Below, piece by piece: positions 50,836 to 60,921 of a stretch of DNA of 64,000 nucleotides (the stretch's first letter is position 1; each line of letters opens with the position of its first letter). The stretch lies in the NCBI GenBank assembly GCA_049609045.1, contig JBMYYC010000006.1:398-64397 (forward strand), written 5' to 3'. Below the pieces are notes generated by a model. That model was not told where the DNA came from. It did not search any database and saw nothing but the letters and a program-made list of their open reading frames with translations. The translations under genes were made by a program, and so were the position numbers. The DNA comes from Lishizhenia sp. (GTDB lineage Bacteria; Bacteroidota; Bacteroidia; Flavobacteriales_D; Crocinitomicaceae).

Positions 50836-52287
50836 ATGAGTTATACAGAAGAAGAATTAAAAGTAGACTTAGAAAACCAAGAGTATAAATTTGGTTTTAC
50901 TACGAATATTGAGTCGGATAGAGCACCGAAAGGACTCAACGAGGATATTATTCGATTTATTTCTGCTAAAAAAGAAGAACCAGAGTGGTTATTAGAATAC
51001 CGTTTAAATGCTTTTAAAGCATGGCAAAAAATGGTAGAGCCTGAGTGGGCACATATTAAATATAAAAAGCCAGATTTTCAGGATATCACTTATTATGCTG
51101 CACCAAAGTCTAAAAAGAAATACGAATCTTGGGACGATGTTGAGCCAGAAATGAAAGAAACCATGAAAAAATTGGGGATTTCAATGGAAGAGCAAAAGCG
51201 CTTAACCGGTACAGAAACAGCAGTAGATTTTGTGATGGATTCTGTTTCTGTGGCAACTTCTTTTAAGAAAACACTCGCAGAGAAAGGAATTATTTTCTGC
51301 TCTTTCTCCGAAGCTGTTGCAGATTATCCAGAATTGGTTAAGAAATATATGGGAACGGTTGTTCCGCCTTCTGATAATTTCTATGCAGCGTTAAATAGCG
51401 CGGTTTTTACAGACGGATCTTTCTGTTACATCCCAAAAGGAGTTAGATGTCCGATGGAATTATCTACCTACTTCAGAATAAACGAATCAGGAACGGGTCA
51501 GTTTGAAAGAACACTATTAGTTGCAGATGAAGGTTCTTATGTTTCTTATTTAGAAGGGTGTACAGCTCCGCAAAGAGATGAAAACCAATTACACGCAGCA
51601 GTAGTGGAGCTCATCGCCCTAGATGATGCAGAAATTAAATATTCTACAGTACAAAACTGGTATCCGGGAGACAAAGATGGAAACGGTGGTATTTTCAACT
51701 TCGTAACCAAAAGAGGAATTTGTCATACAGGTTCTAAAATTTCTTGGACACAAGTAGAAACAGGATCTGCCGTTACTTGGAAATATCCGTCTTGTATATT
51801 AAAAGGAGATAATTCTACAGGAGAATTTTACTCGGTAGCCGTTACAAACAACCATCAAATGGCAGATACGGGTACAAAGATGATTCACCTCGGAAAAAAC
51901 ACAAAGAGTACTATTATTTCTAAAGGTATTTCTGCAGGAAAATCGCACAACTCGTACCGAGGTTTAGTGCAAATTCATAAAAACGCAGACAATGCAAGAA
52001 ATTTCTCTCAATGTGATTCTCTTTTAATGACAGACACATCTGGAGCACACACTTTTCCATACATAGAATGTAAAAATCCTTCGGCTAAAATTGAGCACGA
52101 AGCAACAACTTCTAAAATTGGGGAAGACCAGATTTTTTATTGCCTACAAAGAGGAATACCAGAAGAAAAAGCAATTAGTTTAATCGTAAACGGATATTGT
52201 AAAGAGGTGCTAAACCAATTACCAATGGAGTTTGCAGTTGAAGCTCAGAAACTATTGGCATTGTCACTTGAGAATTCTGTGGGTTAG
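50836..52287 (+). CDS. sufB: Fe-S cluster assembly protein SufB
   Basis: [41 protein letters not shown]. Confidence 0.98.
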   Translation: MSYTEEELKVDLENQEYKFGFTTNIESDRAPKGLNEDIIRFISAKKEEPEWLLEYRLNAFKAWQKMVEPEWAHIKYKKPDFQDITYYAAPKSKKKYESWDDVEPEMKETMKKLGISMEEQKRLTGTETAVDFVMDSVSVATSFKKTLAEKGIIFCSFSEAVADYPELVKKYMGTVVPPSDNFYAALNSAVFTDGSFCYIPKGVRCPMELSTYFRINESGTGQFERTLLVADEGSYVSYLEGCTAPQRDENQLHAAVVELIALDDAEIKYSTVQNWYPGDKDGNGGIFNFVTKRGICHTGSKISWTQVETGSAVTWKYPSCILKGDNSTGEFYSVAVTNNHQMADTGTKMIHLGKNTKSTIISKGISAGKSHNSYRGLVQIHKNADNARNFSQCDSLLMTDTSGAHTFPYIECKNPSAKIEHEATTSKIGEDQIFYCLQRGIPEEKAISLIVNGYCKEVLNQLPMEFAVEAQKLLALSLENSVG

Positions 52288-52402
52288 ATTGAGTCATGTC
52301 ATCGTTTAGCATTCGAATGCTGTGAAAATGTACCTCAAGAGAGAAATAAAATTGAATAAAGAAATAAGGGAAGGGAAGACAAAACCTTAAATCGTAATGT
52401 CA

Positions 52403-52430
52403 TCCCCCTTAATCCCCCTTCAAAGGGGGA
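52403..52430. repeat. C-tract/G-tract hairpin element TCCCCCTTAATCCCCCTTCAAAGGGGGA
   Basis: Direct repeat TCCCCCTT x2 followed by its complement AAGGGGGA, in the sufB-sufC spacer. Confidence 0.75.
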
Positions 52431-52457
52431 AACATAAAATAAGAAACATAGTTAACG

Positions 52458-53204
52458 ATGTTAAAAATAAAAAATCTCCACGCAGAAGTGGAAACGAAAC
52501 AAATCCTCAAAGGATTGAACTTAGAAGTAAAAGCTGGAGAAATTCATGCGATTATGGGACCAAACGGTGCAGGAAAGTCTACACTAGCATCTATCTTAGC
52601 TGGTAAAGATGGTTACGAAGTAACCGAAGGATCTGTAGATTTCGATGGAAAAGACCTATTGGAGTTAGAAACGGAAGAAAGAGCCGGAGAAGGTTTGTTT
52701 TTAGCGTTTCAATATCCGGTAGAAATTCCTGGTGTTTCTAATGTCAACTTCTTGAGAACAGCGATCAATGAAATCAAAGAATACAGAGGAGAAGAGCCTG
52801 TTTCTGCTAAAGATTTTATGGGAATGGTACGCGAAAAATCTAAACTAGTAGAATTGGATGCAAAATTGGCATCGCGTTCTGTAAACGAAGGTTTCTCTGG
52901 TGGAGAAAAGAAACGTAATGAAATCTTCCAAATGGCAATGTTAGAGCCAAAACTGGCAGTTTTAGATGAAACAGATTCTGGTCTAGATATAGATGCTTTG
53001 AGAATTGTTGCCGGCGGAGTTAATAAATTAAGAAACGAAAATAACGCGATTATCGTAATTACTCATTACCAGCGTTTACTCGATTATATTGTTCCTGATT
53101 TTGTGCATGTTTTAGCAGATGGAAAAATTGTAAAGACTGGTCCGAAAGAATTAGCTTTAGAATTAGAGGAAAAAGGATACGATTGGATCAACGAAAAAGC
53201 ATAA
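52458..53204 (+). CDS. sufC: Fe-S cluster assembly ATPase SufC
   Basis: GPNGAGKST, FQYPVEIPGV, FSGGEKKRNE, LDETDSGLDID. Confidence 0.98.
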   Translation: MLKIKNLHAEVETKQILKGLNLEVKAGEIHAIMGPNGAGKSTLASILAGKDGYEVTEGSVDFDGKDLLELETEERAGEGLFLAFQYPVEIPGVSNVNFLRTAINEIKEYRGEEPVSAKDFMGMVREKSKLVELDAKLASRSVNEGFSGGEKKRNEIFQMAMLEPKLAVLDETDSGLDIDALRIVAGGVNKLRNENNAIIVITHYQRLLDYIVPDFVHVLADGKIVKTGPKELALELEEKGYDWINEKA

Positions 53205-53209
53205 TTCCT

Positions 53210-54469
53210 ATGGAAATTGCACAAGAAAATAAAGTTCTACAGTTCGTAGATAAATTTGAGAAAGGAAAAGATTGTACGGCTTTTCGCCAAATGGCTATTG
53301 ATGCCTTGGGTGGAATGGACTTTCCTACAACTCGTGTTGAAGATTGGAAATATACACGCGTTACCCGAATCACAAAAAAACAGTTTACTCAAAAAAAAGC
53401 AACTGCAGATGCAACTCCCTTCTTTATAAATGAAGAAGATATGCATCGCTTGGTGTTTGTGAATGGCTACTACGATGAAAGTCAATCTACTTTATTGAAT
53501 TTAGAACCTGGACTGACCATTACTGCAATTGAAAATGCAGATATGGAAGATTATTTAGACAAATTGGATAGCATAGACGAAAATGTGTTTTCTCTAATCA
53601 ACAAAGGATACTACACGGGTGGTATTCATGTTAGAGCAGAGAAAAATGTGGTTTCAAAAACACCTATTCATATGGTTCATATTACCACAGGAGAAGGTGT
53701 TATTGCCAATACAAGACACTTTTTTGATGTAGATCAGAGTGCTGAGGTTGAAATCATTACTTCGCACCATTCTATAAACGCAACAGAAAGTTTCTCTAAC
53801 GTAGTTATGGAAGGATCTGTGGGTGTAAATGCTGGTTTAAAAATTCATAAAATACAAGAAGAGGAGTTAGACTTTTTCCATGTTTCTACAGAAAACTTTA
53901 TTCAAGAGAAAGACAGTAGGTTTGAAATAAATACCGTAACAGTTGGTGGTTTATTGGTAAGAAACGGACTCAATATTTTAGTAGACGGAGAAAATTGTCA
54001 TACCGCACTAAATGGAGTTTATTTAACCAAAGAAATGCAATTGGTAGATAACCACACATTTGTAGATCATTTACAAGCGAATTGCGTTTCTGACGAGATG
54101 TATAAAGGTGTGATGGACGGAAAATCGAAAGCTGTATTCAACGGAAAAGTAATCGTTAGACAAGATTCTCAAAAAATTGAAGCCTTTCAAGCTAATGGAA
54201 ACGTACTGCTATCAAATGACGCTGAAATCAATTCTAAACCAGAATTAGAAATTTATGCTGATGATGTTAAATGTTCGCACGGTTGTACAATTGGTCAACT
54301 AGACGAACAAGCCGTTTTTTACCTGCAAGCTAGAGGTATTAAAAAGAAAACTGCACAACATATGATGACACAAGCATTCATTAACGAAGTTGTTGAGCGT
54401 ATTTCGAATGAAACGGTACAAAATCATGTATACGTAAAGTTCGAAGAAAAATTTGGTTGGACAAGATAG
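53210..54469 (+). CDS. sufD: Fe-S cluster assembly protein SufD
   Basis: PTTRVEDWKYT, KPELEIYADDVKCSHG, FYLQARG; start moved to ATG 53210. Confidence 0.96.
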   Translation: MEIAQENKVLQFVDKFEKGKDCTAFRQMAIDALGGMDFPTTRVEDWKYTRVTRITKKQFTQKKATADATPFFINEEDMHRLVFVNGYYDESQSTLLNLEPGLTITAIENADMEDYLDKLDSIDENVFSLINKGYYTGGIHVRAEKNVVSKTPIHMVHITTGEGVIANTRHFFDVDQSAEVEIITSHHSINATESFSNVVMEGSVGVNAGLKIHKIQEEELDFFHVSTENFIQEKDSRFEINTVTVGGLLVRNGLNILVDGENCHTALNGVYLTKEMQLVDNHTFVDHLQANCVSDEMYKGVMDGKSKAVFNGKVIVRQDSQKIEAFQANGNVLLSNDAEINSKPELEIYADDVKCSHGCTIGQLDEQAVFYLQARGIKKKTAQHMMTQAFINEVVERISNETVQNHVYVKFEEKFGWTR

Positions 54470-54515
54470 ATTGACAATTGGAGACTCGTTATTCGAATTT
54501 GGAAAAATAAAATAT

Positions 54516-54551
54516 AAAACTCCCTGTTCTTAGTGAATAGGGAGTTTTTTT
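54516..54551 (+). terminator. suf operon terminator
   Basis: AAAACTCCCTGTTC-TTAGT-GAATAGGGAGTTTT plus T-tract. Confidence 0.85.
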
Positions 54552-54639
54552 ATTCACTTAAATAGAAATTACCTGCGCTTATAAAATCGTTCTCTACGTC
54601 CTTTAAAACAATATGTTTACACAAGCTGTTTAGTGTTAT

Positions 54640-55230
54640 ATGAAAAGAATTACTTTACTATTCGCGTTACTTTTTGCTCTTAATGTAATTGGTCAGGAAA
54701 TCACGCATTTCAATAAGTCAAAAAGTAAATTAGATCAAAAGTTAATGCTTACTTTGGGTACTTGGTCTGCAGTAAATACAGGAGTTGGAATTTATGGCTG
54801 GGCAACATCGAAAGATGAATCTATGTACTTTCACCAAATGAATGTGATGTGGAGCGGAGTTAATTTAGCTTTGGCAATTCCTGGTTATTTAAAAGCTAGA
54901 AAAAGCTATTCTAATACACTTACTTTTGCAGAAATGTATAAAGCGCAATCACGAACAGAAAAAGTTTTTCTCTTTAATACAGCGTTGGATATTGCTTATA
55001 TAACAGGTGGTTTTTTGTTCAAAGCTTCTGCTTCAAACAATACAGAAACGTATCATCAATTTAGAGGTTATGGCAACAGTTTAATTCTGCAAGGAAGCTT
55101 TTTATTTTTATTCGATTTATCCGCAGCGCTCATTCATTCATCGCGCAGATTAAAAACGTTAGACCCAGAATTGGATAAGGTAGCCTTGCGTTTAACAGGA
55201 AATACATTAGGATTAACTTATATTTTTTAA
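54640..55230 (+). CDS. Hypothetical membrane/secreted protein (possibly DUF6992-like)
   Basis: Signal peptide; YFHQMNVMW...NLALA, FLFNTALDIAYI, GYGNSLILQG. Family assignment from memory only. Confidence 0.65.
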   Translation: MKRITLLFALLFALNVIGQEITHFNKSKSKLDQKLMLTLGTWSAVNTGVGIYGWATSKDESMYFHQMNVMWSGVNLALAIPGYLKARKSYSNTLTFAEMYKAQSRTEKVFLFNTALDIAYITGGFLFKASASNNTETYHQFRGYGNSLILQGSFLFLFDLSAALIHSSRRLKTLDPELDKVALRLTGNTLGLTYIF

Positions 55231-55287
55231 TACTTTTTAATACTTTTATAGCAACCACAAACTATTTAAATTTTTTTATGTTACTGT

Positions 55288-57561
55288 ATGAAAAGACTTT
55301 TATTATTGTTGTTTTTACAAAGTGCTTATGCCTTATCGCAATGTAACACGGCAAACTTTCCTGCTTTAGAATTAGGAAACGATACAACCATTTGCCAAGG
55401 ACAACAAGTGATATATAATTTTGGTGCTACATATAATACTTACCTGTGGGAGAATAATAGTAGTCAGCCCTTTAGAACAATTACCAATTCTGGTTCATAT
55501 ACACTTGACGTTACAGGCACTGGAGGAAATTTAGTTTTAAATCCTGGTTTCGAAAATGGAGCTGTAAATTTTACGACAGATTATGTCCCAGGAACAGGTG
55601 GAGCTTGGGGATTACTTAGTAATACCGGTCAATACGATATTTCTACCTCACCTTCTTTATCGCACAATAATTTTTCTTTTTGCTCAGATCATGGTCCAGG
55701 AACCGGAAACATGATGGTTGTTAATGGCGCTTCTACACCAAATACAGAAGTTTGGTGCCAAACAGTTAACGTAACTCCTAATACCGATTATCTCTTTGCA
55801 GCTTGGGTTACCAATGCATTAAACACAACCAATGTTGCAGATTTACAACTTTTTATTAATGGTACTGCTATCGGACCAATTTTCTCAACAGGTACAATTG
55901 GTTGTAATTGGCAACAATTCAATAACGCATGGAATTCTGGTACTGCAACCACCGCAGAACTTTGTATTATGAATCAAAACACTTTGAATGCCGGTAACGA
56001 CTTTGCGCTAGATGATATTTCATTTGGTCCAATTTGTACAGCTTCAGATACAATAAATATCACTGTAGACAACCCTGTTCAAACCATTAGTACCGCAGAT
56101 CCAACGTGTCTTGGTTTGGCCAACGGAGAAATTGAAATTGTGAACCCAACAGCAACAGCGTTTTCTATAGATGGCGGAGCAAATTGGCAAAGCAATGCTA
56201 TTTTTACAGGATTAACAGACGGAACATATCAAGTCTGTTCTAAAACTGTAAACGATTGCGAAACATGCGATTTTATTGTTCTAAATCCAGGGACAGCAGT
56301 CTTTCTTTCTATTTCTAATGATACTACAATTTGCCAAAATGGAACGGCTACACTTACTGCAAATGCGGTTGGTGGAAATTCTTTTGAGTATACTTGGGAT
56401 ATGACGGCCGACTTAGGAAATATCCAAAATGTGAATCCGTCATCCAATGAAAGCTACACTGTTTTTGCAACAAACGAAAACGGTTGTAATTCTGTAACAG
56501 AAACAATAAATGTTACGGTTAGAGATGACTTATCTGCAGATATAAGTACAACACTCGCTTTATGCGAATATGAAAGTGGAACATTTACCTTATCCACTGT
56601 TTCGGGTGGTTTAGCTCCTTATTCTTTTCAGTGGGTTGGACCAACAGGAGTTTTAGGCACCAGTATTTCACAGACTGTTACAGGAAGTTCGCCTGGGAAT
56701 TACGCAGTAACTGTAATCGATGTATGCGAAAGTACACCGCTTATTTTAAGTGCGAATTTAATCCAAAATCCAACTCCTATTCCTAGTTTTAATGTACAAG
56801 AAAATAACCTGTGCGAACCCGCTACTTTTGACTTAACAAACACCTCATCCAACAGTGCAAGTATAACTTGGGAGATAGAAACGCTTGCTACATTATTTAA
56901 TACAGACACAATTAATGTAGGCGAATTTATGGCTGGGAATTATGGTATTGAACTTACCGTTACCTCTGCTGAAGGATGTATTTCAAGTTCTTTTTTTCAG
57001 AATGCTTTAAATGTAATACCTATACCCAATGCTGATTTTAGTTGGACGCCCTCTCCTATTCTTATGTTCAACACCACAGCCAACTTTATAAATCAATCTG
57101 ATGATGCTACCACTTATTTATGGAATATTACCCAAGGAGAACCTGCCGTATCTGCGTTAGAAAATCCTACGACACTTTTTCCTGACGGAATAGCTGGCGA
57201 TTATTCCGTAGAATTGATTGCGTATAGCGAATTTGGGTGCGCTGATACCATTACTAAAATTGTAACCGTTTACCCAGAAGTTATACTCTACGCCCCAAAT
57301 ACTTTTACACCTGATGGCGATGAATTCAATCAAAACTGGCGGGTTTTTATAGAAGGGATAGATATTTATGATTTTGAATTAACGCTCTACAATCGTTGGG
57401 GAGAAATAATTTGGGTAAACCATAACCCAGAAAAAGCTTGGGATGGAACTTACAATGGTAAAGTTGTAGAAGACGGAACTTATGTATGGACAATTAGAGC
57501 GAAAGATGTTTTAAACGATAATGTGCGCAATTTTAAAGGAACAGTAACTGTATTGAGATAA
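55288..57561 (+). CDS. T9SS type B sorted protein with carbohydrate-binding-like and PKD domains
   Basis: NPGFE...GNDFALDDI domain; C-terminal YAPNTFTPDGD...YNRWG...WDGTYNG...GTVTVLR. Confidence 0.88.
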   Translation: MKRLLLLLFLQSAYALSQCNTANFPALELGNDTTICQGQQVIYNFGATYNTYLWENNSSQPFRTITNSGSYTLDVTGTGGNLVLNPGFENGAVNFTTDYVPGTGGAWGLLSNTGQYDISTSPSLSHNNFSFCSDHGPGTGNMMVVNGASTPNTEVWCQTVNVTPNTDYLFAAWVTNALNTTNVADLQLFINGTAIGPIFSTGTIGCNWQQFNNAWNSGTATTAELCIMNQNTLNAGNDFALDDISFGPICTASDTINITVDNPVQTISTADPTCLGLANGEIEIVNPTATAFSIDGGANWQSNAIFTGLTDGTYQVCSKTVNDCETCDFIVLNPGTAVFLSISNDTTICQNGTATLTANAVGGNSFEYTWDMTADLGNIQNVNPSSNESYTVFATNENGCNSVTETINVTVRDDLSADISTTLALCEYESGTFTLSTVSGGLAPYSFQWVGPTGVLGTSISQTVTGSSPGNYAVTVIDVCESTPLILSANLIQNPTPIPSFNVQENNLCEPATFDLTNTSSNSASITWEIETLATLFNTDTINVGEFMAGNYGIELTVTSAEGCISSSFFQNALNVIPIPNADFSWTPSPILMFNTTANFINQSDDATTYLWNITQGEPAVSALENPTTLFPDGIAGDYSVELIAYSEFGCADTITKIVTVYPEVILYAPNTFTPDGDEFNQNWRVFIEGIDIYDFELTLYNRWGEIIWVNHNPEKAWDGTYNGKVVEDGTYVWTIRAKDVLNDNVRNFKGTVTVLR

Positions 57562-57571
57562 AACACTCTTT

Positions 57572-58846
57572 CTAAAGTAGAAAACCAGCATCTAAATTCG
57601 GTTTAAACCTTAATTCAAGCAATAAATTTTCACCCTTGTCTTTCGCAAAGATCAAAGTATATGTTCCGCTTGTATTTTTAAAATAAAGCAATCTCTTATC
57701 TTCTGATTTTTTCAATTTAGGAAGTGCACTTCCAGCATAGAAATAATAGTGATTGTTTTTTTGAAACGTACGTAAAGATGGAGCAATAAAAAAATTATAA
57801 CGCTCAGCATTTTGTTTTAAAAATCCACTCTTTTTCATTTCTTCGAATAGAATTTCTTTCTTTACCTTATCCAAGGTGAGCATCAGTTGTAGTGCTTCTA
57901 CCTCTTTGGTTATCTTTTTTGTACGTTCTATTACATTAAAATTTTCGTCTAATACGGTTGCAATTTCTATCTCTTTTTCAAATGCCTTTCCGCCTTGTGC
58001 ATAGTGTAATTCTCCTTGCCATGCCTTTAAAAATTCTTCGGCCGGAAAACTGATTTTTCTTCCCCAATCTGCAATAAATTTGGACCAGTACTTATGCGTT
58101 GTTAATGTTTGATTTTCTAACGTGAGATCTAAGAACAAATTACTCTGTTTTGAAGATAAAGAATTGAAATTAGATTTAATTGTAAACGGAAATTTGTCTG
58201 ACTTATTCACCAAAAAAGAGAAAGAAAAAACACTGTCAATATCTAAGGTAGTACTGACCTGATTCACAGAATAATTGACCAAGTCTTGGTTTTTTATTTT
58301 TGCAAAAAATGGCTTTCCTTGTTTCGTCAATACATCGAGCCACGCACTATCTAAAACCGTGTGATTCTGAAAAACGTTCATCTCTTCTTTTATGTCCAAA
58401 GCATACGTAAGTAACAAAACACTATCTATTCTAACTGCATTAAAAGATTTTTCTGGGTAGCTATAAACGAGATATTGTTCTGCACTGTCTTTAGCTAAAC
58501 TATTTTGCTTTGCCAATAGTTCTAAATTTTGATCTAGTAAATCACGATCAGAAACTTTTATAAATGCTCTTGCCGTTCTATTTTGAAGATTAGCAGAAAA
58601 AAAGAGTTGTTCTGTTTCTAACCCAAACTTTCTGCGCATATTTTTAAGGTTAAACATACTGAGCATGGGCACTTTGTTCATTAAAAAAGAGGTAGAAATT
58701 TGTTGTTCAAGAACATCTAAATTTACGTAACCAACACACTCATCTGCAACCAATCTATTCTGAAAAGGAATTGACTGTTTTTCAGTTTTTTCTGTACAAC
58801 CAAATGCAATAATTAGTAAAAGTAGAGAAGCAATTTTTGATTTCAT
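57572..58846 (-). CDS. Hypothetical lipoprotein
   Basis: Lipobox FGC; directly abuts the upstream gene. Confidence 0.7.
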   Translation of the reverse strand: MKSKIASLLLLIIAFGCTEKTEKQSIPFQNRLVADECVGYVNLDVLEQQISTSFLMNKVPMLSMFNLKNMRRKFGLETEQLFFSANLQNRTARAFIKVSDRDLLDQNLELLAKQNSLAKDSAEQYLVYSYPEKSFNAVRIDSVLLLTYALDIKEEMNVFQNHTVLDSAWLDVLTKQGKPFFAKIKNQDLVNYSVNQVSTTLDIDSVFSFSFLVNKSDKFPFTIKSNFNSLSSKQSNLFLDLTLENQTLTTHKYWSKFIADWGRKISFPAEEFLKAWQGELHYAQGGKAFEKEIEIATVLDENFNVIERTKKITKEVEALQLMLTLDKVKKEILFEEMKKSGFLKQNAERYNFFIAPSLRTFQKNNHYYFYAGSALPKLKKSEDKRLLYFKNTSGTYTLIFAKDKGENLLLELRFKPNLDAGFLL

Positions 58847-60724
58847 TTAGCGCATCGCCTTTAAATAAATGGTATTGATTAAATCGAGGAGATAATATCC
58901 TCCATTTTCAAAATCTCCATTAAATGTATAGTCTATTTTCATACCCAAAGTACTATTTTGAACCTTGCTAAAAGACATATTCATAGTTCCCATTTTACCA
59001 GCCATTGTTTCAAACATTTCTTTATCTCTTCTACCAACATATTCCCTCGGTATAGAATGAAGAAGTTTTGCATAATCCACTTCCATGTAAAGCATATTTG
59101 AATTTTTAACGCGCTTTTTTGTCTTTCTGTTTAGTTGATGCGCTACACCTCCATTTTTTGCTTCACTAACTACGTTAATATCATTTGAAATAAGAAACAT
59201 ATCGTTTAAAACACCAATGTAAATAGGTATATTAAACTCATTTTTAGTCAACACATAAAAATCCTCAAATTTATGTATGAAGTCGCCTTCTGATTTACAC
59301 AAAGCTTCAAGATATTTCTCTGCAATTTCTGTCTCTTTGGTAGATAAACCCGCCGTAAAAACTGGCAACGTTTCTATTCCTTCTGTAACTACTTCCTTAT
59401 ACTCAAATGTTTCTTCATCATATTCGTAACTAATAGTAGAAGTTGACATCTCTTTAAAACCATTGAACGACATAAACATTCTACCAGAGTATAATTCAAA
59501 CAAAACATCTTTATTAATCAATCTATCCCAAGTGTACCACAATGCAGAACCCATTTGTAAACGACTGTCGGCACTACTTTCTAATTTAGGCAAATAAATT
59601 TCTTTAAACTTCTCGTAAGCTTCTTTGTAAGAAGAATTTCCAACAACAAACCCCATATTATCGCTTGGAATATACTGTAGCATCTTTTTATCAAATTTGC
59701 TATTCCCAAGCTCATCAACTACTTCCATAATTTCGGTATGCCCGTGCATATCCATTTCGGTTAAAATTCCATTCTCAGTAAAATTTGCACGCGCCAAGTA
59801 CCATTGATCTTCAAACAGTGACGAATTTTTATCAATAATTGGATTATATCTTAACTCTCTTTCAAATTCATAAGAGTTTGCATAAAATTTAGAAGCATCA
59901 AAGAAGAACAACGCTTGATCGCCATTTTCTAGCGCACTTCTCATTTTTTTATGGTTGTTAACTAGCGAATTTTCACTCAGAAAATCAGCCAATATAATCT
60001 CATTCTGTTCTTTTGCCCATGCAATTTCTACACTGTCTCTAAAAAGATATCTATCCGGATACGCTGGCAATACCTCTTCCATTACTATTTCTTCTTCCTC
60101 AATCTTTTCTACAGCAGGAGGAATTTCAAACTCATCTTCAACTGCTTCTTCATATTCGTACGCTTCTTCCATTGCGCTCTCTAACATAAGTTCTTCATCG
60201 TAATAATCGCTGTAATAATACGACTCATCTTCCCAACCGTTAGCGTTGTATATACTGTCTACATAATCATTTACTTTCGAGTAATGCATGTCCATTTCAA
60301 CGAAAAAGAAAGTATTATTCTCTAAAATAGTTAGCCTGCTGTTTTGAAAATAAAATCCGTCTTTCTTTAACGCTTCGTAGCCAGACTCTCCATAATGCAT
60401 ATTTTCTAACACTTTATTTTCATCTTTTACACTTATAGAAAAACCGTAAAACACATGCGATGGCAAATCTCCACCGAAGAATAAAAACTTGCCGTTCAAA
60501 TCAAAACCAAACTCAGAAAGAGGTTTAGATGCGTCTCTAAATAACTCTTTTGATAGTTCTGCCATATATTCGTATTGCTCTAATTTTTCTAACGGCACAT
60601 CGTTCAGTATTTCTTCTCCTGATATAGATAGTATAAATTGGGTATGATTTGGTACAAAATCTACCTTCTGCGCGCTAGAAAATCCAATTAAAAATAAAAA
60701 TCCTAAAAGTATTAATTTATGCAT
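58847..60724 (-). CDS. Hypothetical secreted protein with acidic insert (DUF4836-like)
   Basis: Signal peptide, long ORF, Glu/Tyr-rich central segment; family is tentative. Confidence 0.65.
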   Translation of the reverse strand: MHKLILLGFLFLIGFSSAQKVDFVPNHTQFILSISGEEILNDVPLEKLEQYEYMAELSKELFRDASKPLSEFGFDLNGKFLFFGGDLPSHVFYGFSISVKDENKVLENMHYGESGYEALKKDGFYFQNSRLTILENNTFFFVEMDMHYSKVNDYVDSIYNANGWEDESYYYSDYYDEELMLESAMEEAYEYEEAVEDEFEIPPAVEKIEEEEIVMEEVLPAYPDRYLFRDSVEIAWAKEQNEIILADFLSENSLVNNHKKMRSALENGDQALFFFDASKFYANSYEFERELRYNPIIDKNSSLFEDQWYLARANFTENGILTEMDMHGHTEIMEVVDELGNSKFDKKMLQYIPSDNMGFVVGNSSYKEAYEKFKEIYLPKLESSADSRLQMGSALWYTWDRLINKDVLFELYSGRMFMSFNGFKEMSTSTISYEYDEETFEYKEVVTEGIETLPVFTAGLSTKETEIAEKYLEALCKSEGDFIHKFEDFYVLTKNEFNIPIYIGVLNDMFLISNDINVVSEAKNGGVAHQLNRKTKKRVKNSNMLYMEVDYAKLLHSIPREYVGRRDKEMFETMAGKMGTMNMSFSKVQNSTLGMKIDYTFNGDFENGGYYLLDLINTIYLKAMR

Positions 60725-60921
60725 GTTGAAGTATTTACATCAAATATAGAAGAAATAAAATGACAAACTACTGTACTGCTCTAATTTACAAGTTGATTTA
60801 GTGAAACACTTTTCGCCTACAAGTATAAAGTTAAATCGCCGGTGTTAGCTTGTAATACGTGCAGCACAAAGTGTTATTTTTAGTAGTTCTATTATCCTTT
60901 GAAAATATTTATATTTGAAAT

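Noticed and set aside
52397-52606. 69-aa ORF MSSPLIPLQRGK...
   Set aside because: Translation of the C-tract/G-tract element running out of frame into sufC.
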